Below are positions 22,730 to 34,144 of a DNA stretch of 41,522 nt, piece by piece. The stretch is from Octopus bimaculoides (lineage: Eukaryota), in NCBI RefSeq assembly GCF_001194135.2, contig NC_068983.1, positions 138,310,491 through 138,352,012 on the forward strand. Direction: 5' to 3'. A model generated the notes under the pieces. It searched no databases. It saw only the letters and a program-made list of their open reading frames with translations, and was not told the DNA's origin. Made by a program: the position numbers and the translations under genes. Every line of letters starts with the position of its first letter. The stretch's first letter is position 1.

Positions 22730-23930
22730 ACAATGTACAAGGACTTAACAGACTCTCAGCGTTAGAAATTATATGAATGTTTTATTGGACACCACTCGGC
22801 AACTGCGCGAATCCGCCTGTTGTCTGTAAACCTTGCTACCCATCCGGCTCAGTGGTACTTGTGCTTCTTCTATATATGTGTATATATCCACCTGTCAGTA
22901 ATCTCAGATACCGAACGAGAGCGTAATGAACGGTTTCGATGCTCTGCATGCATCTCGGTCGAGCCTCTCTGATTGTGCTTTCGTACCTGTAAAGTTTACC
23001 TCGAACCGATAGTGCTCTTCTACAGCGCTGCCAGGTCGTGGGCTTATGGAAACTGGCCATCGTAGTTCTCGATCCGAAAATCCTTCAGAGCAATCTCTTG
23101 AAATCGCTTTTATCAACACCCAAAGTTTCCTGAGAACATTCTCACTCTTTACGGACACTAATCATCTGTACATTTTCAGAGTAGACCATCCACCGATCTC
23201 GTTATCCAACTGGCAAAGAACAATGAGCACCTTACAACATTCTAGGTGTCAGGCGCCTAGTATCGATCTTTGCTTCACCTCGAAGTACAGCTCTGTTATG
23301 GAGATGAGTTGCGGAAAGCCGTACCTCACGAACGGTGCCTACACTCGTTCAACGTCTCCAGAATCTTTGTAGCCAGGGCATGTCTGGTCTGCCATTCATA
23401 GGGTGATGACTGTTGATGGAACAGATCCTTTCCACAGCAAGTTGAATAGAAGACACTCTTACCTGGTCTGGTTGTAACTGGAACAAGGCTGCCACACGAT
23501 GAACAATGTATGTATTCACTGTCTCCACCTGATGCCGTTCCTGGGACAGCTTCTTCTCGGCTCAGTTCCAGATAAGACTGATCACCTTGTTCGTTACTTT
23601 GTTCCAGTTGTCGTTCGCCTGGGCGTCAGGACTGACCTAAATCCTGAGCCGTTTAACCGATTCGTCGGTCCAGCGTCAAACGATGTCTTCTGACGGAATG
23701 AACCTGCTTCTTCAGTTAAGAGCTTACCCTGGATAATCTTGGTTCCTGTCACCGTCTCGTATTCTTTTAGAATGGTGCTTACCGCCTCCACCATCATGAT
23801 GGCATCTGACACTATGGCGGTGACGTTGACCACATAAGCCTCTTGAGTCCCAGTTCGAAAGAAAACTATTCCAACCGTTCTAATTTCTGCACCGTGACTC
23901 AAGAACCAGCACGTACAGAAAAGGCAAGAC
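22730..23930 (-). mobile_element. Decayed L1/Tx1-clade LINE ORF2 (RT C-terminal half plus zinc knuckle)
   Basis: Frameshifted fragments read AYVVNVTAIVS..ILKEYETVTGTKI (degenerate AYADDVT..YE..TGAKIN), LLFNLLWKG, HPMNGRPDMPWL (GGLG.P-like) and WQRCRRALSVRGKL..RPRCMQSIETVHYAL (zf-RVT-like). Confidence 0.8.
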
Positions 23931-24349
23931 AGGGTATTCCTGTAAGCCCGCGCATGCGATGCGATCTTTTAAAATAATAAGGAATTTTTAAATAGTAATA
24001 ATAATAATAAAAATATACTAAATTCGAAAACAGATACATTTCGGGTATATACACTCATATACTGGTGAGAATCTATTATTTAAATAGGACAAAACATCCC
24101 TACAACATCGTCCTAGCCCCATTGCTCGTACTAGAATATAATGCACCCGATCCCTTCTAGACAACATCCTATACAACATCTTTTACAAAGAAAGGTCCTA
24201 CGTCCTCCGGATACTCTTATTTTTTTACTAGTTGTCATAACTTGATACTATTTTAACGAAAAGTCTACCAGTTGCATCACTTGGATTCCCGTTCTAATTA
24301 ACCTTCATTAATTAATACAGCGAAACAGTATCCGTTGCACCATATCTCT

Positions 24350-25160
24350 GTTATTTTCTTTATAAATGTCTGGTTTGTCTTTCTATCTACCCCGAATCTC
24401 GCGTCGTTGCCGTCACCGTCTTCATGTTACATTTTACATACATTTAGGTCAGACTGCCCTTCCTTCTTTGTCGGCTTCTCTTTTCTTTCTTTCTGCTAAT
24501 TCTCTATTCCTTGCCAGTCTCTTTCACGCCCCCATTGTCACAAGCCGATGGGGTTCTAGTTGGTTGGAGCGGAAGTCTCCTGCTCGTCTGCTTCCGGGGT
24601 CAGTGACCAGATGGATTCACCAGTCCCTTGCATAACTGGAAGTGGATACTGCTTGATGTTGTTCCTTCTATTAACCAGTCTCTTCTACTATCTCCCCCTC
24701 CTACAGCCGGCGTAAAGTGCTCCTCGTCTTCCTCTTCAGATTCGAGCGTTTAGGTTAAGGCTATGTCCTTCGGCAATTTCTAAACTTCTATCGGTGCTAA
24801 TCTGAAACGAAGAATCTAGAATTTGTAGAAAGTGTCTCTTCTGATGTTCTCTTTCTTTCTATCATTTTCGCTCCTGCAAGTCTGGCCTAAAACAAGTCTA
24901 GCAAAAGTAGGCCATGCGTAGAGCTGATAGGAGTAAACAATAAAATCACGTAATTTTTCCTTTAGACAACCACTTACCGTCAATCTCAGCAACTGTTTGT
25001 ATTTTTCGCTGAGACCAAAAGTCGGCGGAAGCATTAAAATGCACCCCTTTCGAGTCACTACGTCCAAACAGTTACGCAAAGTGCAGCTGAGAAGCTGCAT
25101 ACGTTTGGCTGGAATCGAATAACATGTGCCTGTCATGACACATCTAAATTCCAATTGTTT
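24350..25160 (-). pseudogene. Possible decayed ORF1 region of the same L1/Tx1 element
   Basis: It lies upstream of the ORF2 fragment on the same strand. Fragments ILMLPPTFG, AEIDGKWL and an acidic ESEEEDEE tract resemble Tx1 ORF1s, but this is weak recognition only. Confidence 0.3.
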
Positions 25161-25397
25161 CTTTGTTATCTGGTCATTTGTCTTTCCTTTTTTAAGACGA
25201 TTTGAGTTAATGAAGATTCGGTTTCCTTATAACACAATTTTCGTTTTAAACTAGTTGCATTGTAATTGCTGACAGAGACACAGAATTTCCATATGCAACC
25301 AAAATATACTATCAAGTATAGAAAAGAGTATATAAGCCAATGCTATACCACATGTGTTAGCAGTGCTATTCAATCCCATTTTTGTTTTAACAACGTA

Positions 25398-25770
25398 TAT
25401 TCTTTTCTATTCTCGGCACAAGGCCCGAAATTTTGGGGGAGGAGGCCAGTCGATTAGATCGACCCCAGTACGCAACTGGTACTTAATTCATAGACCAGAA
25501 AAGGATGAAAGGTAAAGTCAACCTCGGTGGAATTTGAACCCAGAACGTAACGGCAGACGAAATACCGCTAAGCATAAAAATATATTCTTTTCTACTCTAG
25601 GCACAAGGCCCGAAATTTTGGGGGGAGGAGCCCAGTCGATTAGATCGACCCCAGTACGCATCTAGTACTTAATTTATCGACTCCGAAAGGATGAAAGGCA
25701 AAGTCGACCTCGGCGGAATTTGATCTCAGAACTGAAAGGCAGACGAAATACTGCTAAGCATAAAAATATA
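25398..25770 (-). mobile_element. Two head-to-tail SINE family A copies (tail type i), period about 185 bp
   Basis: tattcttttcta starts at 25398 and 25583; both copies stop at gctaagcat followed by aaaaatatat. Confidence 0.9.
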
Positions 25771-26255
25771 TCAAAGAGAAAAAAAGTTATACGGCTTTCA
25801 ATAATTGCAGTTTGTAAACATTTGTGTTATTTGCAATTACAAAGGTATTTAAATGACAACTTGTCAATTAAAAGGCAAATAAAAACTCCAGTCTATAATT
25901 GTTTTGTTTTTTAGTCGACCTTCTTTCCAAATTTATTTGATTCCTAATTGCTCTTAATTAGTGCTTTATATATTTTATTATTGCTCTTTTTGTAAAACAT
26001 TTTTTATTTCTGATGAATATTAATAAAAAAAATAATTCTAAATAGGCAGATGCCATAATACTCAATGTAAAGAAAGTTCTGTTCAATTTAGAATTTCTAA
26101 CAAAAAATGATTGGGCATCGATTATTGATCAATATGAAATGTAATAATATGAAAAAATTAAGCTAAATTTATTATTAGAATAAAAATTATTAATTTTTCT
26201 GCATCGCTGGTAAGAAAAAAAAGCGGACTAGAATGAAAAACGCGAACAAGGGATA

Positions 26256-26465
26256 ACGATAAAGTGATAGTATGTTGTCAACTTAATGTGACAGTCCCAT
26301 GAAAGGGAAGAATGCTACTGTTATTTAGCCCTAAGAAACACCGTTTCCTGTTGGACTTGACACATTTACTGTGTCCTTATGTTTTCCTAGGGCTAAATAA
26401 CAGTAGCATTCTTCCCTTTCATGGCACTGTCACATTAAGTTGACAACATACTATCACTTTATCGT
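26256..26465. mobile_element. Foldback/MITE-like element with 78-bp arms
   Basis: 26256-26333 and the reverse complement of 26388-26465 are 77/78 identical. Confidence 0.92.
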
Positions 26466-26607
26466 GCTGCTACTGCATAAATCTCTCTGAGAGATTTAGA
26501 AATGTATTATTTCTATTTTCAGGGGATAACGATATTCCTAAGTATCTAATAAACCTAGAAAAATACAGGACAAGAAATAAGCCTAAAATAAAGAAAAGAG
26601 CTTAAAA

Positions 26608-26843
26608 TATTTATTTCTTTATTGCTCGCCGGGGGCTAAACATAGAGGGGACAAACAAAAACAGACAAAGGGATTAAGTCGATTACATCGACCTCAGTAC
26701 ATAACTGGTACCTATTTAATCGACCTCGAAAGGATGAAAGGCAAAGTCGACCTCGGCGGAATTTGAACTCAGAACGTAACGGCAGACGAAATACTGCTAA
26801 GTATTTCGCCCGGCGTGCTAACGGTTCTGCCAGCTCGCCGCCT
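26608..26843 (-). mobile_element. SINE family A (tail type ii), full length
   Basis: Head aggcggcgagctggcagaa, B-box and core, with the alternative tail tttgtcccctctatgtttagccc. Confidence 0.9.
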
Positions 26844-27381
26844 TAAGAGATTAGGATATTGCAGCTAAAATAAAAATTTGAAAGGGTTGTCAATTAAATA
26901 AAATATTCAAATAAGTCAAGCCGTTCAATACTGATCAACCGTCTTTCACCCAAATTATTTTACTATTGCTAAGCTTGACTAAATAAATCTTAAATTATTT
27001 TAATATATGGAAATAAAGTGATAACTGCTATGGTATTTTGTAATGTTAGTTGTTAAAATTCTTTATTTGCTAATTTTTCTTTTATAAATGTGAAGCAAGT
27101 AGGGAAATAAATGAAATGTTTGACTAAAGTAAAATGTAAGTATTTTTAAGTAATCCTGTTTTTGTGGGGTTTATTTTTGGCAAGATTATTTGACTTTACT
27201 TTAAAAATCTAAAGTTAACTGTTTGTCTGTTCATTTTCCTGTTGGGTAAATCTAAGTTTCCCTCAAATGAATGCAGGCGTCATAGAGTTAATCATAATGA
27301 AAGAAAATAAAGATCATCTTTATAACATTGTATTAATAATAAACAAAAATGAATCTCTATTTCAACAAACAAAATTACTAG

Positions 27382-27918
27382 TTCTAAAAATCCCTACAAG
27401 AGATGTAAGTAATAACTCTACTGAAAAAGTAATCGTTGTGACCACCTCAATGTGGTTGTTCTGCATAGAACAATATCACTACACGTTTTAACCCCAAGAG
27501 GACACTTCCTCCAGTGGTTAATGACAATATCTGTGTCCCATATATTGCAAACAAGGAAGCGAACAACTCCCACCTGCCAGACCAGCTTATTTCAGGGTCT
27601 CATCCTTCCTCAGTACTGGTTCACCTGTCTGCTAGAAATAGTAGTCGATAGTGCCAGTTCACATATATATATAAATAAATAAGCGACCAACAGCCGCTGA
27701 TTTTGCAACAAGCCATGTTGCTAATTCTAAAATCTCTATAAGAGATGTGAGTAGCAACTCTAGCGAAAAGTAATGATTGTTACCACCCCCAACGTGGTTG
27801 TTCTGCGTAGAACAGTATTACTGGTCTTTTTTAAACCCAGGAGGACACTTCCAGCTGGTTAACAACACAATATCTGTGTCCGGCATATTGCAAACAAGGG
27901 AGTGAACAACTCCCACCT
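27382..27918. repeat. Diverged direct repeat of about 195 bp (27382-27575 and 27725-27918)
   Basis: Colinear blocks aagagatgt..gtggttgttctgc.tagaaca..gaggacacttcc..caatatctgtgtcc..atattgcaaacaagg..gaacaactcccacct. Confidence 0.9.
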
Positions 27919-28325
27919 AGTGGCAACAATCTTTATCTGATACATGGAAATTTATGATAAAGCATCAGATTATTTTTATCGAATTTTATGTTTATCTGCA
28001 GTATTTTAAGCTCTTTTATTTTAGGCTTACTTCTTGGGTGAAGGATGCTTGATCAGTTTTGAATGGCTTGGCTTATTTGAATATTTTACTTAATTATCAA
28101 TTTAAAATTCAAATCTCATTTTAAGCTCTTTTGTTTTATTTTAGGCTTATTTCTTGTCTTGTATTTTTCTAGGTTTATTAGATACTTAAGAGTATTGTTA
28201 CCCCTTGCTTGCATTTTTCATTTTTTTACATATATATTGTCAATGTATCATACATCCGCGTAAGAAGCACACTCTAAAATATAGAGCAGTGAAGTATTAA
28301 AGCAATGAAGTCAAAGTCTGGTCAA

Positions 28326-28387
28326 AGAGTGACCAATGGTTTCGCATCCTCGAAAGTAACAGCCTTGTGGACAGCTCATCAGACTCC
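28326..28387 (-). ncRNA. Type I hammerhead ribozyme, canonical core
   Basis: Minus strand reads GGAGU-CUGAUGA-GC(U)GUCC..GGAUGC-GAA-ACC-AUU-GGU-C-ACUCU. All core residues are canonical, stem I is 5 bp, and predicted GUC cleavage is between 28331 and 28330. Confidence 0.88.
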
Positions 28388-28576
28388 ATGCAAAGGCAAT
28401 TTTATCTCTTCACCTCTCGAAGGTGGAAAGTTGTTACGGTTAATTGGTCAAAAGACCATCAGAGACTGAAAGTTCCGGCGTTGGTGTGGACGGGTTGTCT
28501 CCCCTAGACCAGCCAATATTGGGAAATAGGAATCTATCTCGTAGCCTGCTAACAGATCTTAAGGACTCTTACGAGC

Positions 28577-29250
28577 TTAATCAGCGAGCAGGGAATCCCA
28601 GTTTTGCAGCAGATAGCGCTTCAAATTGATACATTGTGTGATTATTTCTTGACGGGAGTTCATCGAGACAGGCCTTTTGGAATCTTTAAGTATTCTGGCT
28701 CGCTCAGCTATGTAGAGTTTGCAGCGCCTGCTCCCTTTGATGTAGGGGCCCGGCTGTTCTAAGATCTTCCACTTGATATCGTATGGGGTCACTTGATCTT
28801 TGAGGTCCCACTGATGGTTGGCTAGGGATGTGACGAATCGTCTTTCTCGGATCCTGAAGGGTGACCGGTGATTATACAAGCGTCGCTTGAAAGCCGCGCT
28901 GACCGATTCTATGTATTTATAGGCTTGGGCGCTGACTGTTCACATCACTGGTGCATCTCTGGTTGGCTCCGGGCCTGGGGATGTTATTGTCACCGGTGTT
29001 GTTAGGGCTGCCGTCAGTGCTGCTATCATAATAATTCACGGGTCCGGTGGAGGTGCCGTGGCTGTTGTCACTGCGGTTGTTATTCGACGTGGTGGTCATC
29101 GCTGGCCGTAGAGTTGGCGGTGCCGGCGGTGGCGTGGGTACTGTCGATGATGTGGGTATCGTTGCTAGTAATGTAGGGTGTGGGGCCGTTTACTTCATTG
29201 ACGCTGTTGGTATCGGTCCGTAGCGTTGGTACTAGGGTCGTTGGCGTCAG
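28577..29250 (-). mobile_element. Penelope-like element 3' fragment: Thr/Asn/Ser linker plus GIY-YIG endonuclease
   Basis: The frame upstream of ORF 28577-28879 reads TVSAQAYKYIESVSAAFKRRLYNHRSPF..TSLANHQWDLKD..YDIKWKILE..PY..CKLYIAERARI..MNSRQEIITQC, the typical PLE endonuclease pattern. YIG has become YIE and the GIY part is lost. Confidence 0.85.
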
Positions 29251-29254
29251 TGCT

Positions 29255-29362
29255 GGTTCAGTCCCACTGCACAGCACCTTCGACAAGTGTCTTCAAATAG
29301 AGCCTCGGGCCGACCAAAGCCTTGTGAGTAGATTTCGTAGACGGAAACTGAAAGAAGCCTGT

Positions 29363-29426
<64 letters not shown>

Positions 29427-29850
29427 CATACATACATATATNNNNNNNNNNNNNNNNNNNNNNNNNNNNNNNNNNNNNNNNNNNNNNNNNNNNNNNNNNN
29501 NNNNNNNNNNNNNNNNNNNNNNNNNNNNNNNNNNNNNNNNNNNNNNNNNNNNNNNNNNNNNNNNATATATATATATTATAAGGTTTTTAAACTTTTAAAT
29601 TTTCATATTCCTCTGGGAAAATTACTATATATATATATATATGTATGTATGCATGTGTGTATGTATGTGTGTGTGTGTATGTGTTTATCTCCTCATCACC
29701 GCTTGACCACCGGTGTTGGTGTGTTTATGTACCCGTAACTTAGCGGATCGGCAAAAGAGAACGATAGAATAAGTACTAGGCTTCAGAAATAAATCCTTCA
29801 AAGCGGTGCTCCAGCATGGTCGCAGTCGAATGATTAAAACAAAATAATAA
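29255..29850 (+). mobile_element. SINE family C with internal microsatellite and gap
   Basis: ggttcagtcccactgc..ccgaccaaagccttgtgag..gacggaaactgaaagaagcc, then (CA)n(TA)n and a gap, then cgcttgac..cgtaacttagcgg..gaataagtactagg..gcggtgctccagcatgg. Confidence 0.88.
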
Positions 29851-29877
29851 AATATATATATATATTAAAACTTATAA

Positions 29878-29922
<45 letters not shown>

Positions 29923-30290
29923 TACACACACACGCACACGCATATACAAGGATAGAGGGAAGAAAGAAGAGGCAAAGATACACACGCATATGTGTGCGTG
30001 TGCATGTGTATGTATGTATGTATGTATGTATGTGTGTGTGTGTGTTTATGTACGTGAGCAAAATTCTCTACTGTTGGATGCACTCAGTGATTTCTTCAAT
30101 GTTCGCTGTCTTTTGCATGTGTGTGTGTGCGTGTAGTACATGGGTGTGTATGCGTGTGTGCGTGTCTGTGTGCGTGTGTGCACTTGTGGACATACATACA
30201 TACATACATACATACATACATACATACATACATACATACATGCATGCATGCATGAGCGTCTTCCCAGAGGAGAATCATGAATTCGATTTA

Positions 30291-30730
30291 TATTCTTTTC
30301 TACTCTAGGTACAACGCTCGAAATTTTATGTGGGGAAGGGGCCAGTCGATTAGATCGACTCCAGTACGCAACCGGTACTTAATTCATCGACCCCGAAAGG
30401 ATGAAAGACAAAGTCGACCTCGGCAGAGTTTGAACTTAGAACTTAAAGACAGACGAAATACCACCAAGCCTTTCGTCCGGTATGCTAACGATTCTTATTT
30501 CTTTACTGCCTACAAAGGCTGAACATAGAGGGGACAAACAAGGACAGACAAGGGGATTAAGTCGATTATATCGACCCCAGTGCATAACTGGTACTTAATT
30601 TATCGACCCCGAAAGATTGAAAGGCAAAGTCGACCTCGGCGGAATTTGAACTCAGAACGTAACGGCAGACGAAATACCGCTATGCATTTCGTCCGGCGTG
30701 CTAACCTTTCCGCCAGCTCACCGCCCTGAC
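30291..30730 (-). mobile_element. SINE family A heterodimer (tail ii monomer plus tail i monomer) with a 12-bp flanking direct repeat
   Basis: Monomers at 30496-30730 and 30291-30495; GAATTCGATTTA at 30279-30290 and 30731-30742. Confidence 0.85.
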
Positions 30731-31465
30731 GAATTCGATTTACATTGTAAACGGATGAATACCTCAAAGGCACTTGTAACGTTAATGTGATGCGTGTGCA
30801 GTCTGTGCGTGTGTATCAGTGTGTAATATGGCGAGGGCAAAACTGTTCTTTGAACTTCGCTCACAATACAAATAAGCGACGGTCACTGTAACGGTTACTC
30901 GTACAGAATAAATATAGTCAAGGGAAGTAACTCCTATAGTTAAGCTACAACTTTTTTTTTTTTTTTGATCTGTTGTCATTAGCAACAGATAACAGCACAA
31001 CGATTTTATATATTTGAACATATCGAAAGTATCGACCAGCAAAATGTTTGTTACGGGAAGGATACACAATGCTCCTAAGACTAAAGGTACGTCTTATTAT
31101 TATTTTTGTTTTAGGGTCCGCTGCTAATCACAATATATATTCAATGAAAATGCTGGGAGGGAAGCGACGATTACATTTGCCAAAATTTAGTTATGTTGTT
31201 GTTGTTGTTGTTGTGGCTGCTACAGTCGGTGTTGTAAATGGATTTTTTTTTCTTAATCACAGATCAACTTCGACCGATTATTCCAACCGTGACTCCCATG
31301 TCTCTCTAGAAGTATATTTAGACCTACATTATTCAAAGTGCTCTTTCTCGGCTATGGCAACAGTTTGTTATTTGAGGGAGATTTTGGTACTATTTCTAGC
31401 AATCACAGAGAGGTCTCTTCTCTTCCTCTCTCTTTCTCACTATCTGTGTATATATNNNNNNNNNN

Positions 31466-31601
31466 TTTGTAAGCCTAGTACTTATTCTATCGGTCTCTTT
31501 AGCCGAACCGCTAGGAAACGGGTACGTAAACACATCAACATCGGTTGTCAAGCGATGGTGGGAGGAGAAACACACATACACACACACACACACAAACGTA
31601 C

Positions 31602-31693
<92 letters not shown>

Positions 31694-31872
31694 ATATACA
31701 CACACATAAATATATATACATATACGGGCTTCTTTCAGTTTCCATCTGCCAAATCCATTCACAAGCTTTGGTCGGCCCGAGGCTATAGTAGAAGACACTT
31801 ACCCAAGGTGCCACGCAGTGGGACTGAACCCGGAACAATGTGCTTAGGAAGCAAGCTTCTTACCACACAGCC
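31466..31872 (-). mobile_element. SINE family C with internal (CA)n(TA)n(TG)n
   Basis: Minus-strand head tggctgtgtggtaag..ccgggttcagtcccactgcgtggcacc; colinear with 38156-38526. Confidence 0.9.
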
Positions 31873-32299
31873 ATATATATATTTTGTGTGAAGTGAGTAC
31901 CTGGAGGACATTCATATATGTATATGTATGTATGAATGTATGTATGTATGTATGTATGTATGTNNNNNNNNNNATGTATGTATGTATGTATGTATCTATC
32001 TATCTATCTATATGTGTGGTGTAAGGCTGGGTGCGTCAGTATGTGTGTGGCGGAGGGTATATATGTGGCGATGTAAGCAGGTATATAAAGCGTAAGGTTA
32101 AAACGACTGCAAAAGGCATGAAATGACTTACAAATGAATACATGCAAATGCGTACAATTGCAATACACGTCTATGCACATCCCTACACGTGCATGTACGT
32201 AGGTATAGCTAGTTACAGATCAGGCAGGAGTAGAATGACAGACGGATACAAGCAAATCAACATCAATAAATGTTGCTATGAGCAGTCCCAATACACAAT

Positions 32300-32633
32300 C
32301 GTACGCATCTATGAGCACACTCCGACGGACGTGCATACATACCCACATGTAAACACACACACATACACACACATGCACACACACACACGCACACAAACAT
32401 CCAAATACGCACGCCACACACACACACGCGCGTACACACAGACATGTACAGGCACACAAGAACATAATCATGCACACATGTAGGCAGGAAACCATATACA
32501 CACACAAGAATTCACACCTGCAAGCATAAACACATACACTTACCTATTAAAAAAAACGCCACACCACACATAGACCCAGATAGACAAGCACACGCACATA
32601 CTGGAATACACATCGTCAAAGACTCACGCATTT

Positions 32634-32665
<32 letters not shown>

Positions 32666-33075
32666 CTCGCGCACGCGAACATACACCTTCGCCTGATACA
32701 ACCACACGAACACACACACTAGACCAGGAACTCGCGCGTGCGACAACTCCTCCCCAGCAAGCATGCGCGCAGATGCTCACATACAGAACTTCCTTGATCT
32801 CTCTTAATCCCTTTCCCCCACTTAAGGATCTACACACCACACCCATAAATCTTTACAACAGAACTATCTGAAACCGAACGACTTTGAACGAAAGGCCGAG
32901 CTGTTAAAGAGGTCACGGGGTGGCTAATGCACACAAACCCACAAACATACTTACAAGCAGTCACGCGGTTGTACTCACAAAACCACGCATACGCATACAC
33001 ACGCACACACATTATTAGCTTACTCTCACTCTCTTCTCCTGTTTTATGCAAACACATCTACATACACACACACAT
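32300..33075. repeat. Degenerate CA-rich low-complexity tract
   Basis: Interspersed CACA/CACG runs. Confidence 0.75.
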
Positions 33076-34144
33076 AAGACCATTTCTCAGACAGACTCAT
33101 AGCCCATTTTAGTGAGAGAGGGAAGCCACGGAGAAGGTTGTGCCTTCGACGAAAGAACTTTGACGAACAAACAACCGATGAATTGTGTAACCAACACATT
33201 ACGCAACGGTCGACCAGTTAGTTTTGTTAGATATTTAACTAACAATAAGGAATGATACTGAACCAGTGCGTGTATTATTATTATTGAATTAATGACCCTA
33301 TGTGTATATACATACATACACACACACATATATGTTTGTATATATACGCCTGGTTCATTATTTTAAACGCATTATTGTCTATCTGTTCCACCCTTTTTTC
33401 TTTTTCGAACTTCTTTCCCCATTCTTTCTTTTCCCTCTAATTTTCTCCCTTCTAAGTTAAAAAAAAAAATTCTTTCCTCTTCTCCTTTCTTTTAACAGTC
33501 ATTACGGTAAAACGTGGTACACATTCTCTCATTTCCTACTTGCACTAACAGACTAAATACGTCATGTAAAATGTCTGTTCGCAAAAACAGAAAAAAAAAT
33601 ATGTCGGAATTTCCTGTTGCATGACGATCGCTTCTAACATATTTTGAAGTGCATGATCAAGAGCAGGGATAGTCACATGAAAAATTAAATTGTAAATAAA
33701 TGCTATCACTAGCGGGTTTGAAGATGAATAAGTTGAATTCTTAACGTGAGAATCATTGTTAAAATGCTCTTTTATCATAAGCACATGTAACAGAAATTAT
33801 ACTATCAGATTACAATAATTTTAGTTTCATTTGTGAGCGGCGTGTTTCTTTAAGAAAAAAATATGCGAAAATAATTTCAGATAAAATATATATCTATGCT
33901 GTATAGATAAATTTACGCTTATACGGCAGAATAAGTGTGTCACTGTTTGAACTACCATGTGTTGAAGTTTTAAATCTTTCATTCTTTGCAATAGCAACAG
34001 TATCAATAATATACTACCACACACACACACACATTCATGCACATACGCGCACATGTACACGTATATATATGAACATCTATCTATCTATCTATCTATCTAT
34101 CTATACATACATACATACATACATACAGGATCTTGTTCAAAACG

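Larger units (their letters stand above)
26520..28207. mobile_element. Non-autonomous long-TIR DNA element (about 1.7 kb)
   Basis: 26520-26607 matches the reverse complement of 28118-28207, and 26890-26951 matches the reverse complement of 28036-28097. The left TIR is interrupted by a SINE. Confidence 0.8.

Noticed and set aside
27575-27620. Minus-strand CUGAGGA-AGG..CCU-GAAA..GUC
   Set aside because: Stems I and III give only 2 bp each, including G:U pairs. Probably chance.
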